Both the position numbers and the translations under genes were made by a program. DNA of 64,000 nt from contig CACGDO010000002.1 of NCBI GenBank assembly GCA_902571865.1, forward strand, positions 54,960 through 118,959, given 5' to 3'. Positions 1 to 10,545 of this stretch are shown one piece after another; positions within the stretch are counted from its first letter, which is position 1; every line of letters begins with the position of its first letter. The notes beneath the pieces were generated by a model that was not told the origin of the DNA, did not search any database, and saw nothing but the letters and a program-made list of their open reading frames with translations. This stretch comes from an uncultured Alphaproteobacteria bacterium (GTDB lineage Bacteria; Pseudomonadota; Alphaproteobacteria; HIMB59; GCA-002718135).

Positions 1-2
1 AT

Positions 3-713
3 ATTGATTATCTTAAATCTGATGTAGGGTTTTGGACTAAATATTGGTTAATGGACCATGATATAAATAGGTTATTAAATATTCCAATAACAAGTTTAAT
101 TTTAATTTTTATTATTCTTATTTTTATTAAATTTAGACCAAATAAAAGACCTGAAGTTACCAAAATTGAAAATTTTCTTATTATTTTAATTTTGTTATCT
201 ATACTATTTTGGTTTTTCAAAACTCCACAATCAAGATTTGCTGGTTACGCTTTATTTGCAATCTTTTTTAGTTTGATTTCAATAAAAATAATCACGAGAT
301 TTTATTTTGAGAAATTTTTTTATAATAAAAAAATATTAATATTTTTTTTATTAATAATTTTTTCTAGTAATTTTTTTTATAATATTCCAAACACAATAAA
401 AAATTTAGATGAGTTAAATATTTCACTTAATGAGATGAAAAGTTTTGAAAAATTAGTTATTGGAAAAGATTATTATGAAAAAAATATTGATGGATTTACA
501 ATAAAAATAAGACTACCTACTCCCATATTATATGCTGGAAATATTCAGAAAGATGATAATTATATATTATTTTGTGGAAACATAGATCCATTATGTATTC
601 CTGAAAAAAAAGTAGTATGTTTTAAAAAAATAAAGAAAAAATTTAATTATATATTTTTTTATCCTAATAATCTTGGCTGTCTAAACTTGCTAAAAAATAA
701 TATAATTTATTAG
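3..713 (+). CDS. hypothetical integral membrane protein (5' end lies outside the window)
   Basis: The frame of ORF 51..713 stays open to the left window edge (IDYLKSDVGFWTKYWL precedes the first Met). The product is Ile/Leu/Phe-rich hydrophobic helices followed by a Cys-containing soluble tail. No family recognised. Confidence 0.4.
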   Translation: MDYLKSDVGFWTKYWLMDHDINRLLNIPITSLILIFIILIFIKFRPNKRPEVTKIENFLIILILLSILFWFFKTPQSRFAGYALFAIFFSLISIKIITRFYFEKFFYNKKILIFFLLIIFSSNFFYNIPNTIKNLDELNISLNEMKSFEKLVIGKDYYEKNIDGFTIKIRLPTPILYAGNIQKDDNYILFCGNIDPLCIPEKKVVCFKKIKKKFNYIFFYPNNLGCLNLLKNNIIY

Positions 714-739
714 ATGAATATTTAAAATCTCTAATTTTA

Positions 740-829
740 TGGCGGAGAGAGAGGGATTCGAACCCTCGGTAGTATTGCTACTACACACGCTTTCCAAGCG
801 TGCTGATTAAACCGCTCTCACATCTCTCC
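740..829 (-). tRNA. tRNA-Ser (anticodon GGA)
   Basis: The reverse complement folds as a full class II cloverleaf. It has acceptor GGAGAGA/TCTCTCC, D arm TGA-GAGCGGTTTAA-TCA, anticodon arm CACGC-TTGGAAA-GCGTG, long extra arm GTAGTA-GCAA-TACTAC, T arm GAGGG-TTCGAAT-CCCTC, G73 and an encoded CCA. Confidence 0.92.
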
Positions 830-834
830 TAAAT

Positions 835-2637
835 TTAGTTATCATTCATTTTTAAAGCATTTAAAAAAGTATTTTGTGGAATATCAACTTTTCCAAACTG
901 CCTCATTCTTTTTTTACCTTTTTTTTGTTTATCTAAAAGTTTATTCTTTCTTGTAACATCACCACCATATAGTTTTTGTGTTACATCTTTTCTAAATGAA
1001 GCTACAGTTTCACGCGCAATTACTTTACCTCCAATCGCTGCTTGAATTGCTACTTTAAATTGTTGTCTTGGAATTAAATCTTTTAATCTTTCACAAAGTG
1101 CTCTACCTCTTTGTTCAGATCTATCTTTGTGAACAATTAAAGATAAAGCGTCTACTGGATCTCCATTGATAAGTATCCCTACTTTAACTAAATTATTTAT
1201 CTCATATCCTGTAATTTCATAATCAAAACTTGCATAGCCTTTCGTAATTGATTTTAATCTATCATAAAAATCAAAAACAACTTCATTGAGTGGAAGTTTA
1301 TACTCAACTAATGGTCTATTTCCTGCATAACTCATATTTACCTGAATACCTCTTTTTGAAGTACATAATTCTAATACTGATCCTAAAAATTCTTCGGGAA
1401 CAATAATTGTTGCCTTTATCCAAGGCTCTGAAATATTTTCTACTTTAACTGGATCAGGCATATCCGTAGGGTTGTGAAGATTAATTGTTGATCCATCTTT
1501 CATTAAAATTTTATAAACAACTGATGGAGCAGTAGTTACAAGCTCTAAATTAAATTCTCTTTCAAAACGATCTCTTATAATTTCTAAATGTAGCAAGCCT
1601 AAAAAACCACAACGAAAGCCGTAACCTAAAGCAGGACTTACTTCTGGCTCATAAGAAAAACTTGAATCATTCAAAGCAAGTTTAGCCATACTATCACGCA
1701 TGTGTTCGTAATCATCTGAATCAACTGGGAACATACCACAAAAAACAACAGGTTGAGATGGTTTAAAACCTGGAAGAACTTCCTCTGTTGGAAGTTTATC
1801 ATCTGTTATTGTGTCACCAACTTTACAATCAGAAACACTTTTAATACCAGAATTTATAAAACCAATTTCTCCAGGTCCAAGTGTATCTACTTCAGTTGCC
1901 TTGGGAGAAAATATTCCTACTCTATCAATTGTATATGTGGCACCTGTTGCCATAAATCTTATTTTCTGACCTTTTTTTAATTCACCATTTATAACTCTTA
2001 CAAGTACCACAACACCAAGATAGCTGTCATACCAACTATCAACTAACATACATTTTAGTTCTTTATTTAGTTCACCTGATGGAGAAGGGAGAAGAGTTAT
2101 AATTTTATTTAATAAATCTTCTATGCCCACACCTGTTTTTGCTGAAACAAGAGAAGCATTTTCTGTTTCAATACCTAGCACATCTTCAATTTGTGATTTT
2201 ATTTTATCTGGCTCAGAAGAAGGGAGATCAATTTTATTTAGGACAGGTAAAATTTCATGATCATTATTAATAGCCTGATAAGCATTAGCTAATGTTTGAG
2301 CCTCAACACCCTGTGTAGAATCAACTATTAATAAAGACCCCTCACACGCTGCTAAAGATCTTGATACCTCATAAGAGAAATCAACATGACCTGGGGTATC
2401 CATAATATTAAGTATGTAAGTCTTTCCATCATTTGATTTGTAAGAAAGTCTAACTGTTTGAGCTTTTATTGTAATACCTCTTTCTCTTTCTAATTCCATT
2501 GAATCTAAAACCTGCTCTTTCATCTCCCTATCAGTTAAACCGCCACAAAACTGTATTAGTCTATCGGCTAACGTTGATTTTCCATGATCTATGTGAGCAA
2601 CAATTGAGAAATTACGAATAGAACTAAGTTCTGTCAT
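835..2637 (-). CDS. lepA: elongation factor 4 (LepA)
   Basis: 600 aa. GTPase motifs [17 protein letters not shown] and NKIDLP, plus a LepA-type C-terminal domain. The start ATG overlaps the pheT stop (TAATG). Confidence 0.97.
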   Translation of the reverse strand: MTELSSIRNFSIVAHIDHGKSTLADRLIQFCGGLTDREMKEQVLDSMELERERGITIKAQTVRLSYKSNDGKTYILNIMDTPGHVDFSYEVSRSLAACEGSLLIVDSTQGVEAQTLANAYQAINNDHEILPVLNKIDLPSSEPDKIKSQIEDVLGIETENASLVSAKTGVGIEDLLNKIITLLPSPSGELNKELKCMLVDSWYDSYLGVVVLVRVINGELKKGQKIRFMATGATYTIDRVGIFSPKATEVDTLGPGEIGFINSGIKSVSDCKVGDTITDDKLPTEEVLPGFKPSQPVVFCGMFPVDSDDYEHMRDSMAKLALNDSSFSYEPEVSPALGYGFRCGFLGLLHLEIIRDRFEREFNLELVTTAPSVVYKILMKDGSTINLHNPTDMPDPVKVENISEPWIKATIIVPEEFLGSVLELCTSKRGIQVNMSYAGNRPLVEYKLPLNEVVFDFYDRLKSITKGYASFDYEITGYEINNLVKVGILINGDPVDALSLIVHKDRSEQRGRALCERLKDLIPRQQFKVAIQAAIGGKVIARETVASFRKDVTQKLYGGDVTRKNKLLDKQKKGKKRMRQFGKVDIPQNTFLNALKMNDN

Positions 2638-5027
2638 TAGTTTCTTATAGAAGCATCAAGCGATTTAGATATTTGGTCTATTATTTTTTGTGATAATTCT
2701 TCTATTTCTTGATCGTTGAATGTTTTGTCTTGAGGTTGCAGTAATACCCTAAAAGCAATACTTTTTTTATTTTCTGGAAGTTTATCACCATCATAAACAT
2801 CAAATATTGTTACTTTTTGAATTATATTTTTATCTATTTTTTTTACTTTTTTAATTATCTCACCAGCCTTTACTTCTTTTGGGAAAAGAAAGGCAAAGTC
2901 TCTTTCAACCATTTGATAGGGATTGTTAGTAAAACCTCCTTTTGAAAAAGATTTATTCTCTTGAAATTGTGAAATATTCTCTAAGTATATTTCAAAACCG
3001 TATACCTTGAAATTAACATCCATTGTTTTTAATAGAACTGGATGTAATTCTCCAAAATTAGCTATTTTGTTTTTACCAAGCCTCAAAGAAGATGATTTGC
3101 CAGGATGATAAATTTTACCTTCTAGTTTTTCATATAGCAAATTATCTATAGGTACATTTAAATCAGCTAAAATAGCAAATAAATCAGTTTTTATACTAAA
3201 GACATCAATATTTTTTTTATTTGATAACCAATTTTGTTCATCAGATGGGCCATAAGCTATAGCAGTGGCAACATTTTCTTGCTGGTCAGGTAGTGATTTA
3301 GAAAAATTTGGACCTACTTCAAATATTTTTGCTCTTAAATACATTCTAGATTTATTTTGATTGATTGCTTCTAATAAATTTGGAAGCGTAGATGGTCTCA
3401 TAGAATTTAAATCAGTACTTATAGGATTTTTTAAACTAATTATTTCATCTGATATAATTTTTGCATTATTTTCATCCATAAACGACCAGGTTACAACTTC
3501 AGAATATCCATTCAAAGCCATAATTTTTTTACTTTTATAAAAAGTTTTTGTTTTGGTATTTAAAATCTGCTTTTTTTCTTCTTGATTATTTACTTTTTTA
3601 AGAGGAATTTTATTATAACCATAAATTCGAATTATTTCTTCTACTATATCTGCCTCACCAACAATATCTGGTCTAAAAGTAGGGCTTTTAATTTCAAATT
3701 TTGGTTTTTTTTCATTAACAGAAAAACCAAGTGAAACTAAAATTTTTTCTTGTTCCTCAATATTTATTTCTATTCCACCAAAAGTCTTCACTTTATTTGT
3801 GTCAAACATAAATGGTTTTCTTTTTTCTATATTAATTTCTGAAGAAATGAACTCACTTACTTCTCCTCCACATAATTTCAAAATCATTTGAGTTGCAGCA
3901 TCCACACCCCAATAGATAGAATCAGTATCAATCCCTCTTTCAAAACGGTAACGTGCGTCACTTTGAAGATTTAGTTTTCTTCCAGTTTTAGTGACAGAAA
4001 CCGGATCAAATAATGCAACTTCTAGAAAGACATTTTTAGTCTCCATACTACAACCACTATCAAAACCACCCATCACACCACCAATTCCATGAAGTTTTTT
4101 TTCATCGTCAGATATTACAATCATGTCACTGTCACATTTATAATTAACTTCATTTAATGCTAAACATTCCTCATTTTTGTTAGCTAAACGCATTGTTAAA
4201 TTGCCTGAAATTTTGTCCGCATCGTAAACATGAAGTGGTCTTCCTAAGTCAAAGGTAATATAATTTGTAATGTCAACAAGAGCTGAAATGGGTCTTAATC
4301 CGATTGCAGTTAATCTATCTTTAAGCCATTTAGGGCTTTCTACATTTTTGACATTTTTAAAATATCGACCTGCTACTCCAGGACATAGATTATTATTTTG
4401 AAATTCTTTTTTCCACGTAATTGGACTTTTGAATGATTCTTTTGATTTTTTATAATTTAAGTCTTTTAATTTACCAATTCCTGCTGCTGCTAAATCTCTT
4501 GCGATACCTCTGACCGATAAACAGTCAGATCTATTTGGCGTTAAATTAATTTCAATAATAGGTTCATCTATTGCAAAAATTTTACTAAATAAATCACCAA
4601 TTTTATAATTATCTTTTACTTCAATAATTCCATCATGTTCATCAGAAATACCCATCTCTCTTTCTGAGACAAGCATTCCGCAAGACTCAACTCCTCTAAT
4701 TTTAGTTTTTTTTAAATGTAAGTCAGTTCCAGGAATATAACTACTTTCTGGCGCAAAAATTCCAAGCATGCCTTCTTTTGCATTTGGAGCACCACACACA
4801 ACTTGATAATTTCCATTTATTGTTTCAACCTGACATACTTTAAGCTTATCTGCATCTGGATGTTTTTCTGCTTTTAAAACTTTAGCTACTGTAAAATTCT
4901 TAAATATTTCTGATTTATCTTCTACACTTTCAATCTCTAAACCAATATTGGTTAAAGTATCTGTTATGGTATTTAAATTTTCAGAAGTATCTAAATGATC
5001 TTTTAGCCAGTCTAGTGTAAATTTCAT
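2637..5027 (-). CDS. pheT: phenylalanine--tRNA ligase beta subunit
   Basis: 796 aa. N-terminal tRNA-binding OB fold ([16 protein letters not shown]) with B3/4 and B5 regions. It lies directly downstream of pheS. Confidence 0.95.
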   Translation of the reverse strand: MKFTLDWLKDHLDTSENLNTITDTLTNIGLEIESVEDKSEIFKNFTVAKVLKAEKHPDADKLKVCQVETINGNYQVVCGAPNAKEGMLGIFAPESSYIPGTDLHLKKTKIRGVESCGMLVSEREMGISDEHDGIIEVKDNYKIGDLFSKIFAIDEPIIEINLTPNRSDCLSVRGIARDLAAAGIGKLKDLNYKKSKESFKSPITWKKEFQNNNLCPGVAGRYFKNVKNVESPKWLKDRLTAIGLRPISALVDITNYITFDLGRPLHVYDADKISGNLTMRLANKNEECLALNEVNYKCDSDMIVISDDEKKLHGIGGVMGGFDSGCSMETKNVFLEVALFDPVSVTKTGRKLNLQSDARYRFERGIDTDSIYWGVDAATQMILKLCGGEVSEFISSEINIEKRKPFMFDTNKVKTFGGIEINIEEQEKILVSLGFSVNEKKPKFEIKSPTFRPDIVGEADIVEEIIRIYGYNKIPLKKVNNQEEKKQILNTKTKTFYKSKKIMALNGYSEVVTWSFMDENNAKIISDEIISLKNPISTDLNSMRPSTLPNLLEAINQNKSRMYLRAKIFEVGPNFSKSLPDQQENVATAIAYGPSDEQNWLSNKKNIDVFSIKTDLFAILADLNVPIDNLLYEKLEGKIYHPGKSSSLRLGKNKIANFGELHPVLLKTMDVNFKVYGFEIYLENISQFQENKSFSKGGFTNNPYQMVERDFAFLFPKEVKAGEIIKKVKKIDKNIIQKVTIFDVYDGDKLPENKKSIAFRVLLQPQDKTFNDQEIEELSQKIIDQISKSLDASIRN

Positions 5028-6089
5028 TTATAGCCCTGATCGTGTTTGGTTATCCAAAATACTAAAACCATAATGATCCAGCCATCTATAATTTGGATCA
5101 AAAAAACTTCTTAAATCTGTAATGCCATATTTAAGCATCGACAAACGCTCAATTCCCATACCAAAAGCAAAACCCTGAAACTGTTTTGAATCGATATTAC
5201 AATTATCTAAAACTATAGGATTGACCATTCCACAACCCAATATTTCTAACCATTTATCTCCTTCACCAATTTTAATTTTATTATTTACTTTGGTATAAGC
5301 TACATCCATTTCTGCACTAGGCTCGGTAAAAGGAAAGTAACTAGGGCGAAAACGGTATTGTAAGTTTTTGACTTCGAAAAATTCTTCTAAGAATGAAACG
5401 AGTGTTGATTTTAAATCAACCATAGTAGAACTTGTATCAACGACTAAACCTTCTACCTGATGAAACATAGGAGCATGTGTAGCATCTGAGTCACTTCTAT
5501 AAGTTCTGCCAGGCACAATAATTTTAATAGGTGGTTTTGTGTTAAGCATAGTTCTCACTTGAACAGGACTGGTATGGGTTCGAAGAACATTTTTGTCTCC
5601 ATTATCCTGAACATAAAAAGTATCCTGCATTTCTCTTGCTGGATGATGTTCTGGGATATTTAAAGCTGTAAAATTATTAAAATCTGTTTCTATATCTGGA
5701 CCTGTTTCCACTGCATAATTTAAATTTCCAAAAATTTCTATAATATTAAATATTGTTTGACTAATTGGGTGTATTTTTCCTTTTTCAGAAATATTAGGTG
5801 GTAGAGTAACATCAATTGATTCTAAATTAATCTTGTTTGAAATTTCAATATTTTCAATTTCTGTTCTTTGGTTTTTAATACCTTCTTCAATTTCTTTTTT
5901 AATAATATTTAATTCCTGTCCTTTCGATTTTTTTTCTTCAATCGACAAAGAGCCTAATCCTTTTAAAGCTTCAGGTATTAATCCTTTTTTACCTAGATAA
6001 TATAGTCGAAGTTTTTCTAAATCTTCGAAGGATTTTGAAGCTTTAATTTTTTTTAGAACATCAATTTTATTTTCAGCAAATGCCATCAA
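5028..6089 (-). CDS. pheS: phenylalanine--tRNA ligase alpha subunit
   Basis: 353 aa. Class II aaRS motifs FRPSYFPFTEPSAEMDV and GFAFGMGIERL. Abuts pheT with no gap. Confidence 0.95.
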   Translation of the reverse strand: MMAFAENKIDVLKKIKASKSFEDLEKLRLYYLGKKGLIPEALKGLGSLSIEEKKSKGQELNIIKKEIEEGIKNQRTEIENIEISNKINLESIDVTLPPNISEKGKIHPISQTIFNIIEIFGNLNYAVETGPDIETDFNNFTALNIPEHHPAREMQDTFYVQDNGDKNVLRTHTSPVQVRTMLNTKPPIKIIVPGRTYRSDSDATHAPMFHQVEGLVVDTSSTMVDLKSTLVSFLEEFFEVKNLQYRFRPSYFPFTEPSAEMDVAYTKVNNKIKIGEGDKWLEILGCGMVNPIVLDNCNIDSKQFQGFAFGMGIERLSMLKYGITDLRSFFDPNYRWLDHYGFSILDNQTRSGL

Positions 6090-6115
6090 TATCTATTATA
6101 TTTTATTAATTAAAA

Positions 6116-6469
6116 TTATCTAGCAGATTGAGCTTTATCGACTAAAGCTTTAAAAGCCTCTGGCTGGTTAACTGCAAGATCCGCTAAAATCTTTCTATCT
6201 ATTTCAATTGATGATTTTTTAAGACCAGATATAAATTGCGAATATGTTAAGCCATGAAGTCTAACACCAGCGTTGATTCTTTGAATCCATAAACCCCTAA
6301 AATCACTTTTTCTTTTTTTACGATCTCTATAAGCATATTGCATACCTCTTTCGACAGCCTGCACAGCAACTCGAAAAACATTTTTTCTTCTACCGTAATA
6401 ACCTTTTGCTCTTTTAATTACTTTTTTGTGTCTAGCTCTTGCTGTAACACCTCGTGATACTCTTGCCAT
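6116..6469 (-). CDS. rplT: 50S ribosomal protein L20
   Basis: [16 protein letters not shown]... is a typical L20 N-terminus. I moved the start to the ATG at 6469, which is preceded by AGGGGA. The longer ORF-track start (6508) would overlap rpmI. Confidence 0.95.
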   Translation of the reverse strand: MARVSRGVTARARHKKVIKRAKGYYGRRKNVFRVAVQAVERGMQYAYRDRKKRKSDFRGLWIQRINAGVRLHGLTYSQFISGLKKSSIEIDRKILADLAVNQPEAFKALVDKAQSAR

Positions 6470-6479
6470 TGATTTCCCC

Positions 6480-6680
6480 TTACTTGTTGTATGGTAACAT
6501 ATGATCAATCAAAGCAGAATCACCTGGTGACATAATTGCAGATCTTTTCGTGTTACGAATAAATTTATTGGAACGTTTACTCATTCCATGTCTCTTTCCA
6601 GCAGGTTTAAATTTAATTTTACCAGTACCTGTTCTAGAAAATCTTTTTTTTAAACTACTCTTAGTTTTAAGCTTGGGCAT
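6480..6680 (-). CDS. rpmI: 50S ribosomal protein L35
   Basis: 66 aa, [14 protein letters not shown]... with an AGGAGA Shine-Dalgarno just upstream. Canonical infC-rpmI-rplT order. Confidence 0.95.
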   Translation of the reverse strand: MPKLKTKSSLKKRFSRTGTGKIKFKPAGKRHGMSKRSNKFIRNTKRSAIMSPGDSALIDHMLPYNK

Positions 6681-6708
6681 TACTATCTCCTATATTGTAA
6701 GTTTTCCC

Positions 6709-6733
6709 GTTAGGCTGCCCCGCAGGCCATAAC
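6709..6733 (-). promoter_or_regulatory. GC-rich bulged stem-loop in the infC-rpmI spacer (possible L20/L35 operon control element or processing site)
   Basis: The transcript strand reads GTTATGGCCTGCGGGGCAGCCTAAC, giving about 10 bp (GTTA/TAAC plus GGC-TGC/GCA-GCC) with two 1-nt bulges and a GGG loop. No U-tract follows. It is the most GC-rich patch of any intergenic region here. Confidence 0.3.
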
Positions 6734-6782
6734 AAGTTTTGAAGGCTTATACTGATAATTGAGTATTTTGCAATATGTAGAA

Positions 6783-7322
6783 TTATTTAGCAACTTGAGG
6801 GACAAGTATCATCATTATTTGTCTTCCCTCAAACTTAGGAGCTACTTCAACTTTTGCATATTCTTCGACTTCTGAAGTTAATTTTTTTAGAAGATCAAAG
6901 CCTAAATTTTGATGCTCCATTTCACGTCCTCTGAAACGCATAGAGACTTTAACTTTATTACCACCACCTATAAACTTTGAGAGTGCTTTAATTTTAACAT
7001 TATAATCGTGGGTATCAATGCCAGGTCTCATTTTAATCTCTTTAACTTCAATTGTTTTTTGTTTCTTTTTTGCTTCTTTCTTACTTTTTTGCTCTCTATA
7101 TTTTAATTTACCATAATCTATAATTTTACAAACTGGTGGATTAGCTTCAGGAGACACTTCAACTAAATCAAAACCTTCATCTTCTGCTTGAATTAGAGCT
7201 TCACGAATGCTTAAGATCCCCATTTGTTTACCACTACTAGATATTAGTCTGACTTCACTTGCAGTAATCTGCTCATTGATTCTTGGACCAGTATCTTTCT
7301 TTGTTTTGAAATTTACAGCCAA
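6783..7322 (-). CDS. infC: translation initiation factor IF-3
   Basis: 179 aa with RINEQITASEVRLI and conserved N- and C-domains. There is no in-frame ATG: the only candidate starts after the upstream TAA (7341-7343) are ATA (7328), ATC (7325) and TTG (7322). Confidence 0.9.
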   Translation of the reverse strand: MAVNFKTKKDTGPRINEQITASEVRLISSSGKQMGILSIREALIQAEDEGFDLVEVSPEANPPVCKIIDYGKLKYREQKSKKEAKKKQKTIEVKEIKMRPGIDTHDYNVKIKALSKFIGGGNKVKVSMRFRGREMEHQNLGFDLLKKLTSEVEEYAKVEVAPKFEGRQIMMILVPQVAK

Positions 7323-7478
7323 GATTATATAGAGATTGAGTTAAAGCTATTAATTAATAGCATATTAGGAAATTAAGTCTTTTGTCATATTTTGTTAGGA
7401 TATAATCTCAAATGAATTTAAATTCAAGGGCTGATTTTAAAAAATATAAACTGTTTTTTAAGTTATTAAATACACTTT

Positions 7479-8486
7479 ATGAAAATTTGTTTAATTAGAA
7501 ACGATAAAATGGGAGATATGATCCTTACTCTTCCAGTTGTTCAAGGGCTAAAACAAGCTAATCAGGATTGTAAAATTGATATTGTATGTTCTCAAAAAAA
7601 TCAAAAAATATGTAAAAAATATAAATCTATTAACAAAATTTTTTTACTTCAAAATAAATTTTATCAAGTCTTGAAAATAATTTCAAAATTAAGAAATGAA
7701 GATTATGATTATATTTTCACATTTAGCCCTGGTATATTCAGTATATTAATATCAATTTTTTCTAAAAGTAAAATAAAGTCATTATTAATTTTTAAATCTC
7801 GATACAAAAATAATTACATGAGTAAATTTTTTGATAGAATTTTGGGTAAAATCTTTTTTACTCACTGCTTAATAATCGATCGTCAATTAAGATATTCCAA
7901 AAAAATCCCAATTCATCAAACAGAAATTATGATGGAGTTAGTTACTAAAAGTGGATTAAGTTATAATAATACTGCAGAAATTAAGAATGAATTAGGATTT
8001 AATAAAATAGAAATAAGTTCTAAGAAATTATGCTTAATTCACTTGTCTTCAAAATGGATCAATAAATATTTTTCAGAAGAAAACTTAATTACACTATTAG
8101 ACAATCTTAAAAATTTGAAAATCAATGTTGTAATGACAACTGATGGAACATCAAAAAATGTATTCTATGAAATATTTAAAAAATATGAAATTATTACTAA
8201 TGAAGAGTTTGAAAATCTTAAAAGTATAAATAATATTTTAATCTTAGATAGATTAAATTTTGATAATTGGACATCAATAATAAACTCTTCAACATATGTA
8301 ATTACACCTGAATGTGGATGCACACATATTGCATCACTTTCTGAAACGAAACTTTGTGTTATTTATGATTCAGATAATCTTCCAGGTATGATTGCAGAAG
8401 AATATGCGCCATGGAAGAAAAAATATACTAAACTATTCTCTAACAACCAAAATTTAGAAAAAGAATTAATTTCATTTATTGATTAA
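7479..8486 (+). CDS. glycosyltransferase family 9 (LPS heptosyltransferase-like)
   Basis: 335 aa. The N-terminus MKICLIRNDKMGDMILTLPVV and the late ...PECGCTHIASL segment resemble the GT9 G-D and D-x-G-x-x-H-x-A motifs. Confidence 0.7.
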   Translation: MKICLIRNDKMGDMILTLPVVQGLKQANQDCKIDIVCSQKNQKICKKYKSINKIFLLQNKFYQVLKIISKLRNEDYDYIFTFSPGIFSILISIFSKSKIKSLLIFKSRYKNNYMSKFFDRILGKIFFTHCLIIDRQLRYSKKIPIHQTEIMMELVTKSGLSYNNTAEIKNELGFNKIEISSKKLCLIHLSSKWINKYFSEENLITLLDNLKNLKINVVMTTDGTSKNVFYEIFKKYEIITNEEFENLKSINNILILDRLNFDNWTSIINSSTYVITPECGCTHIASLSETKLCVIYDSDNLPGMIAEEYAPWKKKYTKLFSNNQNLEKELISFID

Positions 8487-9407
8487 CTTACTATCTTGTA
8501 AAAAATCTAAAACTTTTTTTACTGAAATTGAGTCCATTGTATCGGTCAGAATCGTATAAGCATTTTTATATTCAGATAAGTTTGATTTTGAGATAACATT
8601 ATCTTTAGCTAAAAAAAGAATAGGTGAATTACTAAGAGCTGCTATATGACCTGGGCCAGTATCATTACTAATTATAAAATCACTTTTTTTAGCGATGGAG
8701 TAGATGATTTCAGGAGGTGATTTATCGCTTAAATCAATAACCTTCTGACATGCATTATTGATCGTTTCTACTGTTTGTTTATCTGATTTTTGCCCAATAA
8801 CACAAATATGATATCCTTTTTTTTCTAGAGTACTTGCAAGTATTGCAAATTTATCTGGTGACCATTGCTTTTCCTTACCTGATTTAGAAACACCAGGTAT
8901 CATTAAGATTATTTTATCTTCATTAATTGCCGTAATATCTCTGGAAAGCCAATCTACATTTTGATAAATTTCATTTACTCCAAGTAATTTTAGTTGATTG
9001 TATAAACCTTGTTGTGGAGATTCAGTTCCTTGTGGAGGAATTACATATTGAATATCACAATTAGAACGAGATCCGTTAACTTTTACTTCTGAAATAAATT
9101 TTAAGAATGACCAATAATTATTTGTTCTTTTAGAATTCTGTAAATCTATGATTAGATCGTATTTATTTTGATTAATTTTTAATATTACCTTAAGTGAATC
9201 AATTATTCCTTTTCTATTATCTTTAAAAATCGAATTAAAATAATTTGAATTGCTTAAAAAATTTGCGTATTTTTCTTCAGTTAGCAAGTCAATAGTGGCA
9301 TTACTAAAAAATTGCTTAATTGATGCCATAGCAAGTATAGAAAATGCAATATCACCAAGTGATCCATGCTTTACAACTAGTATTTTGTTAAATTGACTGC
9401 TGTTCAT
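8472..9407 (-). CDS. glycosyltransferase family 9 (LPS heptosyltransferase-like)
   Basis: 311 aa. ILVVKHGSLGDIAFSILA and NDTGPGHIAALS are classic GT9 motifs. The 3' end overlaps the convergent GT9 gene by 15 nt. Confidence 0.78.
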   Translation of the reverse strand: MNSSQFNKILVVKHGSLGDIAFSILAMASIKQFFSNATIDLLTEEKYANFLSNSNYFNSIFKDNRKGIIDSLKVILKINQNKYDLIIDLQNSKRTNNYWSFLKFISEVKVNGSRSNCDIQYVIPPQGTESPQQGLYNQLKLLGVNEIYQNVDWLSRDITAINEDKIILMIPGVSKSGKEKQWSPDKFAILASTLEKKGYHICVIGQKSDKQTVETINNACQKVIDLSDKSPPEIIYSIAKKSDFIISNDTGPGHIAALSNSPILFLAKDNVISKSNLSEYKNAYTILTDTMDSISVKKVLDFLQDSKLINK

Positions 9408-10515
9408 ATAAGTCTACGTAACTTTGTACCATTTGGTATTTTGAAAATGTTTTTGATATATATTCTTTACTTTCTAATGAAATATTAGAAAATTTTTCTT
9501 TATCTATTTTTATAATATTTTGAAGTTTTATGTTTATTTCATTATATTTATGAGGATCTACTTTATAAATATCATCTAATTTATTGAGCTGATCTTTAAC
9601 ACCACCATAGTTAAAGGCTAGTACCCTTTTTTTCATTATTAATGCTTCGCTTATAATTCTTCCAAAGCCTTCAGCTTGTAAAGGAAAAGAGGTAATAATT
9701 GATGATAGGTAATATAAAGTTTTCAAATCATCTCTTTCTAGATTGCCTATAATCTTACATTTATGACCAATGTTAAAACTTTGAATTTTATTTTGTAGTT
9801 TCTCTGTATAAGATTGATTTTTTGTATCACCTGCAAAATAAAGTAAAAAATTATCATTTTGCATCTTATTAAATATATCTAAAAACTCAATTTGACCTTT
9901 CCAGTTTGTTAGCCTTGCAGGATATAGAATAATATTTTTTGAGGTATCAATTTGATACTTATTTTTTATATTTTCTATTTGAGAATCTAAAATTGGTTTT
10001 TCAAAATATTTAACATCAACTCCTCTATTAATCACTTTAATTTTATTTAAATCCAAATTGTATTTTTTACTAATTTCATTTTTTACATAATTTGAAATAG
10101 CAACAATCTGATCAACTTTGGATAATTGCTTATTATAGATTTTTTTAAAATAAGAATTACCACTATACACATTATGAAATGTAGATATTGTTTTGAAATT
10201 TCTATTTTTTATAAAACTTAAAATCCATGCTGGTGCTCTTGATCTTACATGAACAACATTAATATTTTGATTAAAAATTAATTTTTTTAATTGATTAGCA
10301 ATTAATGGATAAATAAAAAAATTTTTTGAGTTAACTGGTAATTGAAAATGATTAGTATAATTTTTATCAATTTCCTTTATTAAACGCCCTCCATTTGAAA
10401 TAATATTATTTTTTAAATTTAATTCAGATAAATAATTTGCAACTTCAATAGTACCTCTTTCGACACCACCAGAATCTAAAGAGGGAAGAATTTGAGCGAC
10501 ATTAAATGATGACAT
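9388..10515 (-). CDS. glycosyltransferase family 4 (group 1)
   Basis: 375 aa. GT-B fold signature with the E-x7-E region (AEGFGRIISEALIMKKRV). Overlaps the downstream GT9 gene by 20 nt. Confidence 0.78.
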   Translation of the reverse strand: MSSFNVAQILPSLDSGGVERGTIEVANYLSELNLKNNIISNGGRLIKEIDKNYTNHFQLPVNSKNFFIYPLIANQLKKLIFNQNINVVHVRSRAPAWILSFIKNRNFKTISTFHNVYSGNSYFKKIYNKQLSKVDQIVAISNYVKNEISKKYNLDLNKIKVINRGVDVKYFEKPILDSQIENIKNKYQIDTSKNIILYPARLTNWKGQIEFLDIFNKMQNDNFLLYFAGDTKNQSYTEKLQNKIQSFNIGHKCKIIGNLERDDLKTLYYLSSIITSFPLQAEGFGRIISEALIMKKRVLAFNYGGVKDQLNKLDDIYKVDPHKYNEINIKLQNIIKIDKEKFSNISLESKEYISKTFSKYQMVQSYVDLYEQQSI

Positions 10516-10545
10516 TTTATTAAAATATAAGTATTTGTATCAAAG

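Noticed and set aside
6550-6732. 60-aa plus-strand ORF across the rpmI region.
   Set aside because: It is antisense to rpmI and to the spacer hairpin, and its translation is a hydrophobic low-complexity sequence.
7346-7361. Perfect 16-bp palindrome GCTATTAATTAATAGC, 24 nt upstream of the infC start.
   Set aside because: A rough estimate for DNA this AT-rich gives a few perfect 16-bp palindromes per 64 kb by chance. There is no second copy or flanking signal, so I do not call it an operator.
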